A DNA stretch of 64,000 nucleotides, from positions 24,490,001-24,554,000 of the forward strand of contig NC_073403.1 in assembly GCF_028641065.1 (NCBI RefSeq). The letters are read 5' to 3'. The notes beneath the pieces are model-generated. The model had not been told where the DNA came from, made no database searches, and was given only the letters and a program-made list of their open reading frames with translations. Source of the DNA: Leucoraja erinacea (lineage: Eukaryota). Positions 23,646 through 35,300 of the stretch are shown piece by piece; the first letter of the stretch is position 1; every line of letters begins with the position of its first letter. Position numbers and translations under genes: made by a program.

Positions 23646-24872
23646 AAGTTTCCTATTACTTTCAATTACCTTCACATCGTACCTCATCCATGTTCTGTTT
23701 AATTCTCAATGCCTGTTACTTATCTCGGCTGCAGTGCCTTATTTTGCTCTGTAGGAAGCACTTTGCTTTTCCCCATTGTTACAGTTCATTCATCAGCTGG
23801 CTGCCCAGCACTCAAGTATATTTTAAAAATAGTCCTTGTCATCATTCATCATATGCATCTGATAATGGCAATAATTACTTTGGTGTCTATAATACAGGAG
23901 CAGTTTGTTGAATATTATGCATTTCGAGCGGCCAATACGTATCGATTCCATTTCAAAGGTTGTGAAGATTTCAGCCAAAATTGAATGTTCAGGGAATTAT
24001 CAACCAACTATACGAACGTTAAAAATTATAGATGATAGATATCTAAAATAAACATACAGAAGAAATACTCAACAGGTCAAGCAGCAAGTGCAGGGGGAGA
24101 ACGAGAGCTAATGTTTCAGATTGTGATCTTTCATCACAACTATTCTAATGTAAGTAATCAATATGATTATCTTTAAATCAGACTTTATCCTGCACTAAAT
24201 GTTGTAACCTTTATCTGTGCACTGTAGACGGCTAGACTGTAATCATGCGCAGTCTTTTATTTGACTGGATTGCATACAAACAAAAGCTTTTCACTGTACC
24301 TCGGTACACATGACAATATTAAACGAAACTAAACTGAAAATGAAACACTCTCCAGAGATGCTGATCAGTTTGTGGATAATTTTTAGTATCTTTTGTTTTT
24401 ATTTCCATCACGAGTTCATTCTTCATATTCTATGAATCAAATGCAAAAGTTCCGATATAAGAGCAACTCGTGGCTTCAACTATTTTCAATCAACTATTCA
24501 CATTTTAAGGAGCAGATCGTGTCTGCAGATGCAAACAGGTTTTACCATCTATACTGCATAGTGAATAAATTGTATTAAAACACTATAGATTGTCATCTTT
24601 AAGGAGCATCCTGTTTAGTTTTGCAGTCTACTTTCATCAAATTGATATCTTCTGCAAACACCTTTTGATTATCTACTGCAGACCATTTATCAAGATATAA
24701 CGCATAATGAAGCCCAGAATCACATTCCTGTGGGACCCCATTAGAAGCACATTCTCCATAATTTATTGACAAAACTCAGAATTTCACCTTTTTTCTGACT
24801 GCTGCTCTTTAAATAATGAGAATGTGCTAGATTTCACCTCGTAGCCACTTGCAAATTCATTTTTTTCCTTTG

Positions 24873-25108
24873 AAATAATAATAATAATAATAATAAATTT
24901 TATTTATTGGGCGCCTTTCAGACATCTCAAGGACGCCTTACGTAGATTAAATTGGAATAAAAACATATAATCAGAATAAAATAAATAATAAAGACATCAC
25001 AGAAACACAAATTAAAAACAGAATTCAGTACAAAAACAAAAAATCAAAAACACAATGTGAAGAGAGAGCAGCGGCAGCTAAAACACGCCAGCATCCACTC
25101 TCCCTTCA
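24873..25108 (-). mobile_element. L2-type LINE 3' end
   Basis: Reverse strand GTAAGGCGTCCTTGAGATGTCTGAAAGGCGCCCAATAAATAAAA plus (TTA)n. Confidence 0.65.
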
Positions 25109-27524
25109 AAGAGAAATTGAAAAGCTAATTATTTAAAAAGAACAGAAAATACAAAAGCCAAGAAAGCAGTTGTGAAGAGTAAAATGGGGTTATTGTTTTA
25201 GACCTTTTGTTGGAACAGGTCTAATGCCAGAGTTGAAAGCAAAATATGGCAGATGCTAAGTAAAATAAAAAATACTGGAAATACTCAGCCGGTCAGGCAG
25301 CATCCATGAATAGGAATTTGATTCATCATCTCAAGTTATTGCTGAATGACTTTTTCACTGGTACGAAACTGGGGGCATGATATCAAAATGAAGGCTTGTT
25401 TTCTTCTAATGAAAGGTCATCAAGCTGTGACCTTGATGCTGAAGCTAAAACTATGAGCCAGAATTTTCTCCACAGATGTCTGTGTTTGTGAAACACGGTC
25501 TGTGTTTGTGAAACATAACTGAGTTTGTGAAACATAACTATATTTCTCTCTTGATTGTTATTTTAACATGATATTTTCTGTCGTTTCTGGGGGTTATTTT
25601 TTATTTTCAAGTATTTGCAGTATTTTTGCTTTTGTATACAAATATAACAGAGGGTGTATGGAACGAGCTGCCAGAAGCGGTGGGTACAAAAAGAACATTT
25701 AAAAGACATTTGGACAGGTTCATGGATAGGAAAGGTTTAGAAGGATATGAGGCAAACATGGGCTGCTGGGACTAGTCATAGAGTCATAGTGATGCAGCGT
25801 CCAAATCTGCCCATACCAGCCAACATGTCCCCGCTACACCAGTCTCACCTTCCTATGTTGATATCCCTCCAAACCTGTCCTATCCATGTACCTGTCAAAC
25901 TGTTTCTAGTGTAGGCGCAACATTTTCGTCGGCATGGGAAGTTGGTCGAGGGTTCTGGTTCTGTGCCATATGACTCTATAACCTTCTGTTTGTAGTTCCT
26001 TCTATTCATTAAATAAGCTGGCCACGCAAAAACAATATCACATTCTCCTTGCCTGCATGCAGTTATCATCATTCATGGCACAAAAAGTGTATGAAAGATC
26101 ATTTAAAAGAATATAAAGTGCTGTCACCATCCCTTACATAATGTGAAAGGCAAGTGATGAATTCAGACAAGGCGAAATAGTGATTTACTGTAACTCGCTA
26201 GTTATGTGCTTTTCAGATGTGACTCGGTTTATCTGATATCAATATGACATACAATTAACAATAATTAGTCTGTCATTTTAGGTGCAGGAGGCAAAAAAAA
26301 CCAGGAGCCATGTATGCTTTGCATGTATGTGGAAATCCAATGAGTACCGCAACTAATCCAAAGCCTGCATTACAAATTGTATTGTGTCATGAATATGAAC
26401 GACTGCAGCAAATCATTTGTCTTGCCGATCCATGTTAGTGCAGTGTACACATTCAGTATGTGCTACTCTATGCGTTGCATCACCCTCACCTCCGGGCCGC
26501 TTTTAAAACCTTTACACTGTCAGCCCATCGCAGTGGGCTGCGGCCCTCGTGTCAGCCTCTGACTATGTCTGCTGCCACCATGGAATTTTAATCGGCAATG
26601 CCCACTTCAAGAAATGTCAGTTTAAGCAATCATGGGCAGCAAACACGGCCAGCAACAAACAATATTAAACCTACATAAGAGATTTACAAACAAATGGGAA
26701 TGGAAATTTAGCAGACTGGGAGAGTCACATAAAACAATGAAGAGATACAGGGAGAGTAATATGAAAATGAACAAAAATGATCTGTGGTAGCTATCTGTGA
26801 TAGCTAGAAAATATGGTAAATATATTAGAAGAGAATAGCAAAGAGGAATGCAGAACTATTAAAAATAGATATAAGTGGAACTACAATGAATAATAACAAA
26901 ATATAAAATATTTTAATTGAGCATTTAAATGATTTCAACACAAGTAATTTTCAGGGACAGGATCCAATGCATTCCTGCTACTTTATGGTGTACTTAACCC
27001 TGTTGACGGGTTGAATTTCTGGGCAATGTTATAATGGATTTGTGCCTTCTCATCAGGGAATACTTGAGATGAAAGACACAGCACACACGCAAGGCTAAGG
27101 AATCTAGGTCAAGTATGATAGAGGATTGTATTTAATATTTGGGTGGAGAGAGACAGCAGTAGCTTCTAATAATTAATTTCCAATGAGTCACAGACAGATA
27201 TTACATCCTCAAGCCGTATTACATTGCATTCCCCAATTATGTTGTATGCAAGTCCACATACTGCTGATTATTTATCTGCTTTGGTTTATTGCGGTTGCCC
27301 AAAGCTTCACTTGGGTTCACAGTGAAAACGCATTTGATGAAGAAAAATGAGAGACCAAAGTGGGCAATGATTTTTCAAAAAGGATAGAACAAGGTCAAAT
27401 AAGAAATGAGTTGTGAATTTAAATGAAAAGATTTATTTATTCATGGGCTATGACCAGGGATCCTACAGTTACAGATGTCAAAGCTTTAACTATTACAATA
27501 AAGTATGTCAGAGAAATGAATCTG

Positions 27525-27960
27525 CTGGAGACATAAGGAACTGCAGATGCTGGAATCTTGAGCAAACACACAAAGTGCTGGAGGAATTCAACAGATCAGG
27601 CAACATCTGTGGAGGGAAAGGGCAGGCAATGTTTTGGGTTGGGACTTCTTCAGACTGATTGTCATAGGGGGAAGAAATCTGAAAAAGAGGGGTGACGGTG
27701 GGACAAAGTCTGGCAAGTGATGGGTGGATACAGGTGAGGGGGGAGAGAGGGTTCATGGCAGATGCCTGGAGCAAGCGACAAAGCAGAGAGGTGAAAAGGA
27801 GGCAAAAGGGGTGACAGATAAGGTGAGAAGAGGAGGAGTGAAAGGTAAAGGAGGGAGGGATGTGGGTTGAAGAAGAAAGGGGGGGGGGAAAAGGGGGGGG
27901 GGGGGGGGGAAGATAAAAGGGGAATGAGCGACTGGAAAGGGAGATGAATTTAGGAAGGAG
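27525..27960 (-). mobile_element. Penelope-like element 3' region with pLTR
   Basis: GGAACTGCAGATGCTGG..CTTCTTCAGACTGA followed by the purine-rich reverse of the pyrimidine-rich 3' UTR. Confidence 0.7.
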
Positions 27961-28900
27961 GGGTATGGATCCACTACCCAGTCCAAACAGTCTAACCCCA
28001 GTCCTGCACCTTCTTGTATTCTACCGGTCTCAGCAGTGACCTTCCATTGTATAATTCAATTCTCATTAGCTTGCACAAAAAACAGTTTGCCAGCATTGTA
28101 CAAAGCCCAAAAATGACCCACTAATTCAGATAAATCAATTTTTAACAAAAATGGTTATACTTTTACGTGTTAAGCATTCAGTTATCAACCCGGTTGAAGC
28201 TAAAAAACTTTTTCAATTGATATTACCCATTGGCTGCCAGGAAGATTGCAGATATAGCTGTGACCCAATTTAATGCACCATATAACTAGGAAATTTAACG
28301 TCAATTATTCCTTGACGCGTCTCAAGAAAATCAGAAGGTCTGATTAGAACAGATTGTACACCACCTAGTGTGCAAATGTAGACACTGCATCCCAATCCTC
28401 AAGAATATTCAGTAAATGCTCCTTCCCTCACCTCTGTCCACCTATGGCTTGCCCAGCTGCATCCTGCCTCACACTTTCTTCCCTAGCTTTCTCCCCCTAC
28501 CCCCATCAGTCTGAAGGAGGGTCCTGATCCAAAGCATCATTTGTCCATTCCCTCCCCAGATGCTGGCTGACCCATCGAGTTCCTCCAGCACTGAGGTTTG
28601 CTCATGGTTCCATATCTAGTTTCATGTGTCTCCAAAGCTTCAACACCCTAGTGCACAACAGGCACAATATAACAAGTCAATAGAACAGGCACAACACCCT
28701 TTCTTGCTTTCGATCTTCCCTTGTAGAGTGATTAGATGATATGTTAAACTTTTTACTGTGGATATGGGTGGATAATTATAGTGTGGAGAGGCTTTGAATT
28801 CCCAGGAGAACACTGTTGCCTTCAGGGATCAGTCAGAGGCTGAGAAAGTCAAGGTGAACTTGTCACTAGCTGTGTAAATGGAGCTGGGTGCACTAAAAGT

Positions 28901-29690
28901 GGGCGGCACAGCGGTGCAGCTGGTAGACCTGCTGTTTCATAGTGCCAGAAACCCGAGTTTGATCCTGATCTCGGATGCTGTCGGTGTGGAGTTTGCACGG
29001 TCTTCCTGTGACTGTTTGGGTTTCTTCCGGGTGTTCCGGTTTCTAGGTTATTTACCCTTTAGAAAATTGCCCCTTGAATGCAGAGCGTAGACGAGAAACT
29101 GGGATAACAAATTCAAGTACAGTTCCTTCCCAGCTGTTATCAGGCAACTGAACCGTCCTTTCACCAGCTAGAGTGTGGTCCTGACCTCTCATCAACCTCA
29201 TTGGAGACGTTTGAATTATCATTAATCGGACTTTATCGGATTGGAACTTGCACTAAAAATTGTACTCTTTATCCTTCATCTTTACACTGTCGATGGCTTA
29301 ATATTAATTAACGTAACAAAAGCTTTTAACTGGACCTTGGTACATGTGACAATAATAAACTAAACTATGCTGTATGACTCTATGGAATTCATTGCCACAG
29401 AAGGCCAGTCAATGGAAATTTGTAAGGTGGAGATTGATAGATTCTTGATTAGTACAGGTGTCAGGAGTTATGGGGAGATTTTGGGAGAATGGAGTTGAGG
29501 GGAAGAGACAGATCAGCCATACTTGAATGGCGGAGTAGACGATGGGCAGAATGGCCGAATTCTGTTCCTATGACTTGTGAATTTATGACAATGACTCTCA
29601 ACCAGTGTGAATGGGTAATCAATTGGCAGCATGGACTTGGTGGGCTGATGTTGTTTCCATGTTGTATCTCTAAAACCAACATGACCTAAG
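28901..29690 (+). mobile_element. Nested cluster: V-SINE (28901-29110, tail ~29600-29675), Rex1-type tail (~29111-29366), CR1 tail (~29380-29580)
   Basis: Diagnostic head and tail motifs shared with other copies in the window. Confidence 0.75.
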
Positions 29691-30379
29691 TTGCCATGTA
29701 AATTGCATTGCTGCTGACAATACAGCCACAGAAAACACGCTTTACCTGTCGCTAATCAACAAGTAGAAGTGGGAAAAATGTAGCCCACTTTGTTCCAGCA
29801 GCTCCGTGAACATTCGAGGCAAAGGGAAAAACATCAATTTATGATACCGGGTGATGTGCTTTCGCAGCCTTGCAACTGGGAACGCCTGGTTTACCTTCCC
29901 ATCCAGTGCGATTTGCAGGTAAAAAATAACATCCATTTATTGCTACCCATTTTCAATTTTCAATCCTGTGTCGCTGAAAAAAGAGCAGCACAACATGAAA
30001 GAATTTATTGTCGAGGTTGTTCCCGGAGCTTACCAAAGAGTTATATGGTGCGGAAACTGAGGTGGAGGGAGGGATGGAAAAGATGCAAGGAATTTCTGAT
30101 CAGGTAAAGCTGAGGGAATTAGCTGTTGATGAAGCTATCTGATTGATTAATTAGGGAAAGAAAGCACAAAAACAACAAACATAAAAGCCATGAATTCAGA
30201 GCCAAAGAAAATGTTCAGCAGCTCAGCCACGGTGACGGAGAGAGGGAAAACCGAGATAATTTTACCGTTGAAAGATCTTCAACAGAAATGAAAAATTGTG
30301 AAATAAACAGAGTGTCCTGGTCTTGCTTTCCAGTGCAGGGGGCCTCACTCCAGCATATTCCGTTCCAAAAGCACAGCAA

Positions 30380-31023
30380 CGTGGCACAGTGGCACAGCTG
30401 GGAGGACATATGGCTCACAGTGCCAAAGACCCAGGTTCGATCTTGATCTCAGGAGCTGTCTGTGTGGAGTTTGAGTGCTCCAGCTTCCTCTCACATCTCA
30501 AAAATGTGCAGGTTTGTAGGTTAATTGGCTTTGGTAAGATTGTAAATCGTCCCTAGCGTAGAGGATAGGTATAGGGTGATCGCTGGTGGGCACGGATTCC
30601 GTAGGCCAAAGGGCCCGTTTCAATGCTGTATTTCTAAAGTTTAAATTCTCAAGTAAAGTACTAATATCAGCAAACCGTCCCCTGATACAGTAGGCCATAA
30701 TTCCTGAAGAAGGTGGGCAATGCAGTGGTACAGCTGGTGTCTCACAGCATCAGAGACTCGGGTTCAATCCTGACCTCTGGCACTGTCTACATGGAGTTTG
30801 CATATTCTCCCTGTGACTGCATGTGTTTCCTCCGGGTGTTCCGGTTTTCTCCCACATCCCAAAGATGTGTGGGTTTGTAGGTTAATTGGCCTCTGTAAAT
30901 TGCCCCCTAGTGTGTAGGGAGGGGATGAGAAAGTGGGATAACATAGAACTAATGTGGATGGATGGTCAGTGTGGACTCAGTGGGCCGAATGGCCTGTTAC
31001 CATGCTCTATCTCTAAACTAAAC
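30380..31023 (+). mobile_element. Two neighbouring V-SINE/HE1 copies (30380-30645 and 30712-31023)
   Basis: Each has A/B boxes (GGTTCGATC, GGTTCAATCC), V-domain and CR1 tail. Confidence 0.85.
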
Positions 31024-31305
31024 AATGATCATGTCTTTTTGCTATGCTGAGGGAAAATACAATTTCACAGTGCACTATGGGAAAGGCAATGGAAGCCGGT
31101 GAAATGGACTATAGATGGGAATGATGGAGGAATAGGAAGGTAATGCAAACAATAATGAGCTGGAAGAAGACAAGAAAGGACAAAGATATCAGAGAGAAGC
31201 AAAGAGAGGAAACAGAATGTTGGCTTTCCAGAAGGGTAGTGTGGAAATGAATGACTAGAGGTCCTTGGAAGTAAAAGTCTAGCTTTAAGTGGCAGCATAT
31301 CAGTT

Positions 31306-32025
31306 ACATAGAAACATAGAAAATAGGTGCAGGAGAAGGCCATTCGGCTCTTCGAGCCAGCACCGCCATTCATTGAGATCATGGATGATCGTCCCAAATC
31401 AATAACCCGTGCCTGCCTTCACCCCATATCCCTTGATTCCACTAGCCCCTAGAGCTCTATCTAACTCTCTCTTAAATCCATCCAGTAATTTGGCCTCCAC
31501 TGTCCTCTGTGGCAGGGAATTCCACAAATTCACAACTCTCTGGGAGAAAAAGTTTTTTCTCACCTCAGTCTTAAATGGCCTCCCCTTTATTCTAAGACTG
31601 TGTGGCCCCTGGTTCTGGACTCGCCCAACATTGGCAAAATTTTTCCTGCATCTAGCTTGTCCAATCCTTTTATAATTTTATATGTTTCTATAAGATAACC
31701 CCCTCATCCTTCTAAACTCCAGTGAATACAAGCCTGGTCTTTTCAATCTTTCCTCACATGACAGTCCCGCCATCCCAGGGATCAATCTCGTGAACCTACG
31801 CCGCACTGTCTCAATCACAAGGATGTCCTTCCTCAAATTAGGAGACCAAAACTGTACACAATACTCCAGATGTGGTTTTACCAGAGCCCTGTACAACTGC
31901 AGAAGAACATTTTTACTCCTATACTGAAATCCTCTTGTTATGAAGGCCAACATTCCATTAGCTTTCTTCACTGCCTGCTGTACCTGCACGCCAACTTTCA
32001 GTGACTGGTGTACAAGGACACCGAG
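31306..32025 (-). mobile_element. CR1 LINE 3' end
   Basis: VKKANGMLAFI..LYRALVKPHLEYCVQFWSP..RRFTRLIPG..RMRG; (TTTCTATG)n tail. Confidence 0.93.
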
Positions 32026-32657
32026 GTAGTATTAGACTTTATTAAGTATGCAATTGTAAGATAATTATTACCAAAGTGTTTAATCCAGAAAGATTGTTTC
32101 CTAACAACACTCACACAGATTGTGTCCTTAATCCGAAAGGTTCCGTTTTTTTCTAAACACTGTCAGCTCGAGATTTTGCATGCAAACAATGCAATAGCAT
32201 TCCAAATAATATAAGCAGAAGTGTGACTCTCACAAAGAGTTATTTATGGTGCAAATGTACTTTCAGTGAATGAAGTACAAAGTCACAAAGTGATGATGTC
32301 TGTGCTTCATGTGTTTGAGCAGATCACAGACTGTCTTGTTCCCTGTTTATCTCTACAGCCTGTAGCAATTCATATCGATGTCTAACCTAATTCCTTTTAA
32401 CCCCTTATCCAGGGAGAGCTAACCTATTTTACTAGCTGAAGTTTTGCAAGAATGCATTTTTACGCCAATTACATGCTCTAAATTATAATTAGGAAAACAT
32501 ACATGTGGTTTGATCAACTTATCATTAGTTGGCAGCATTATTAAAGCATTCATATTAGAGGGACAGGCACAACTACAAATGATGCTCTCCTATTGTATGA
32601 CAAATCTTCAAAATATAAAATCAATTTCATTTGTCTGAGCAAAATTTTAAATGAATA

Positions 32658-34048
32658 CTAGACCAAGTGCAGACCCAGTGGGTCTGCTCCCCAATGCAAG
32701 ATTCCACCACTCACCTGTTCCCCCAACGCAAGCTGTTCCCCCAACGCAATATTGCACCACTCATGCATATCCCCCAACTGTGCAGGCGCGGATCATTTCT
32801 CCTCACCCACAGCACTCGCTCCTCCTCCTCGTCACTCCCCCTCATCAATCTCTAGAGAGGGAGGTGGGTAGAGAGGGAGGGGTGGTAGAGGGGTGAGGGT
32901 AGAGAGGGAGGGGGGGGGAGAGAGAGAGAGAGGGGGCAGATAGGGAGGGGGGTAAAGAGGGAGCAGGAAGGGGTAGAGAAGGAGGGGAGTAGAGAGGGAC
33001 AGGGGCAGAGAGAGAGGGGGGTAGAAAGAGGGAGGGAGGGAGTAGAGGGAAAGGGAGGGGGATAGAGTGGGGGAGGAAGGGTAGAGAGGGAGAGGGCGAG
33101 GGAGGGCGAGGGAGAGGGGGTAGAGGGGGAGGAGTAGAAAGGGTGGGAGTGAGGGTAGATTGGGAGGGAGTAGAGAGGGAGAGGGAGGGTAGAGAGGGAG
33201 AGAGCGAGAGAGGGAGTGTAGGCATGGCAACCACCCTCCCTACCCCCTCCTCTCCCTCAATCCTCCCACTCTCCTTCCTCACCTCCCCAGGATCTTTCCC
33301 CTCTCCACCCCACTCCCCACCTCCCTCTACCACCCCACTCTGCACCCCATCTCCCACCTCCTCCTCCCCTTACTCCCATTCTCTGCCCCAGCACCTACCC
33401 ATGTCGTAGAGCGGCGCCAGAGCCTGGTTCTTGTACTCAGCCCAGCCCTGACTGTAGACTCCAGCCGTCAGCTCGGCCACTGCCTTGGCTCCAGTCCAGG
33501 CCCCGATTACATCTCCGGGCTTGTCCCTGACCCCGAACCTAGGCTGATCCTTGGTTCCAGCGACGGTTTCTTTCTCGGCCCCGGTCAGGGCCCCATCTCA
33601 AGCCCCGGGCTCGGCCCTCACACTAGCTCCAGCACCAGGCTCGGCTCCAGCCAGGTCCAGTCCCCAGGCTCGGCCCTTGGCACCACCCTCTCCACCAGAT
33701 ACCGCCGGCAGCAGCCACCACTCCTCGTTCACCGCGAGCGCTGGAGTGCCCCTCCCTCACGGAGTGTTCCGCCCTGCCTTGCAAGTGCATTGTGACATTA
33801 CTCGGATATTTTTTCCTAAAGTGGTTGAAGAAATCAGGCGGTTTTTAGCACTTCAAGGATTAATTACTTCGGAAATATAGGTGGGAAAGCGACGGAAAGA
33901 TGGTTATCGCCACATCGGGAAAAATGTGAGTAGGAAGAGTGAAAATAGGAAGGCTGTGGCCTAGCGCTTGGACGAAGATAGGAAAACCAGATTGACACAT
34001 CGTGGGCTCATCGTGGGCACAAACAAGACAAAGACCTTTAGCATTATA
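32658..34048 (-). mobile_element. Non-autonomous Helitron, family A
   Basis: Minus-strand 3' end: 8-bp stem GCAGACCC-agt-GGGTCTGC (32669-32687), 7-nt spacer, CTAG, then T; 5' end TATAATGCTAAAGGTCTTTGTCTTG resembles the other Helitron heads. Confidence 0.75.
32855..33400. repeat. Polypurine tract followed by a polypyrimidine tract
   Basis: G/A-rich 32855-33220 built on GGGTAGAGAGGGA-like units; C/T-rich 33230-33400. Confidence 0.9.
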
Positions 34049-34237
34049 CTAGAATAAGTGGACATGTTCACAGGGGAGGGCTGGTCCCCCAACGCAATAT
34101 TCCACCTTTCCACCAATTCCAATATTGCTGGCCAGTGGGAGGGGGGGGACTTTCTGAAGCGCTAGTATGGGTGTTGTGGGCAGAAGGGACTGGTTTCCTG
34201 AGGGCTAGTATGGACATTGTGGGCCGAATGAGTTCCT

Positions 34238-34462
34238 GGGCTGGCAGCTCAGTCACTCAGGCCTGGTGGGCTGGCAGCTCAGTCACTCAGGCCTGATGGG
34301 CTGGCAGCTCAGTCACTCAGGCCTGGTGGGCTGGCAGCTCAGTCACTCAGGCCTAGTGGGCTGGCAGGTCAGTCACTCAGGCCTGATGGGCTGGCAGCTC
34401 AGTCACTCAGGCCTGATGGGCTGGCAGCTCAGTCACTCAGGCCTGGTGGGCTGGCAGCTCAG
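34238..34462. repeat. 30-bp minisatellite, ~7.5 copies
   Basis: GGGCTGGCAGCTCAGTCACTCAGGCCTG(G/A)T, near-perfect copies with no spacers. Confidence 0.97.
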
Positions 34463-34734
34463 AAACTGCCAGAAATTCTGCCCAAAAGAGATGAGAGACT
34501 GTGAGAGAGAACGGGGAGAGGGTGGAGAATCAATTTTAGGCATTTTTCATTTTTTCTGCTGATCACAGCAATGGAGGAGGAAAGTCTACCCTGGCCTGGA
34601 TCTCACAGGGAGCAAATGAAGGGAGGGAGAAAAATACTGGGATGAGGTTTAATACTTACTGATGGGCCAAAGGGACTCCTGGGCTAGTACATGCTAGTAA
34701 TAGGGGGTCTTGTGGGCTGAAATTAGTGGTTTCA

Positions 34735-35300
34735 GGCAGGCCAAACAACACATTTAATTTAATTTCCAATTGCATTGCAGTTTCAAGCACAGGGCAGGCC
34801 AAATAGCTCATTGCATTTTCATTTCACTTCCATTGCCATTGCAGTTTCAAGCACAGGGCAGGCCAAGCCAAACAGCTGATTGCATTTCCACTTAATTTCC
34901 ATTGCCATTACACTTACAAGCATAGGGCAGGCTTAAGCCAAACAGCTGATTGCATTTTCATATTACTTCCATTGCCATTGCCATTTCAAGCAAAGGGCAG
35001 GCTCAAGCCAAACAGTTAATTGCATTTTCATATTACTTCCATTGCCATTGCACTTTCAAGCACAGGGCAGGCTCAAGCCAACCCGCTCATTGCATCTTCA
35101 CTACATTTCCATTGCCATTGCAGTTTCAAGCACATGGCAGGCTCAAGCCAAACAGCTCATTGCATTTTCATTTCATTTCCATTGCGGTTTCAAGCACAGG
35201 GCAGGCCCAAGCCAAACAGCTCATTGCATTTTCACTTCATTTCCATTGCCATTGCAGTTTCAAGCACAGGGCAGGCCAAACAACTCATTTCATTTTCATT
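34735..35300. repeat. ~60-70-bp tandem repeat inside Helitron B
   Basis: Unit GCAGG(CTCAAG)CCAAACAGCTCATTGCATTTTC..CCATTGCCATTGCAGTTTCAAGCACAGG, about 8-9 copies. Confidence 0.92.

Noticed and set aside
26490-26670. Minus-strand coding exon with good splice sites
   Set aside because: Manual translation gives stops in all three frames; kept only as a non-coding candidate.
29747-29972. Minus-strand exon candidate (TTTTTTCAG acceptor, CAG|GTAAAG donor)
   Set aside because: All three frames hit stops shortly after the acceptor.
32832-33880. Pro/Ser/Leu-rich ORFs
   Set aside because: Low-complexity Helitron interior.
34238-34462. 30-bp periodic array resembling a CRISPR array; repetitive ORF 34266-34562
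   Set aside because: Units are contiguous and near-identical with no unique spacers and no cas genes; it is a minisatellite and the ORF is its by-product.
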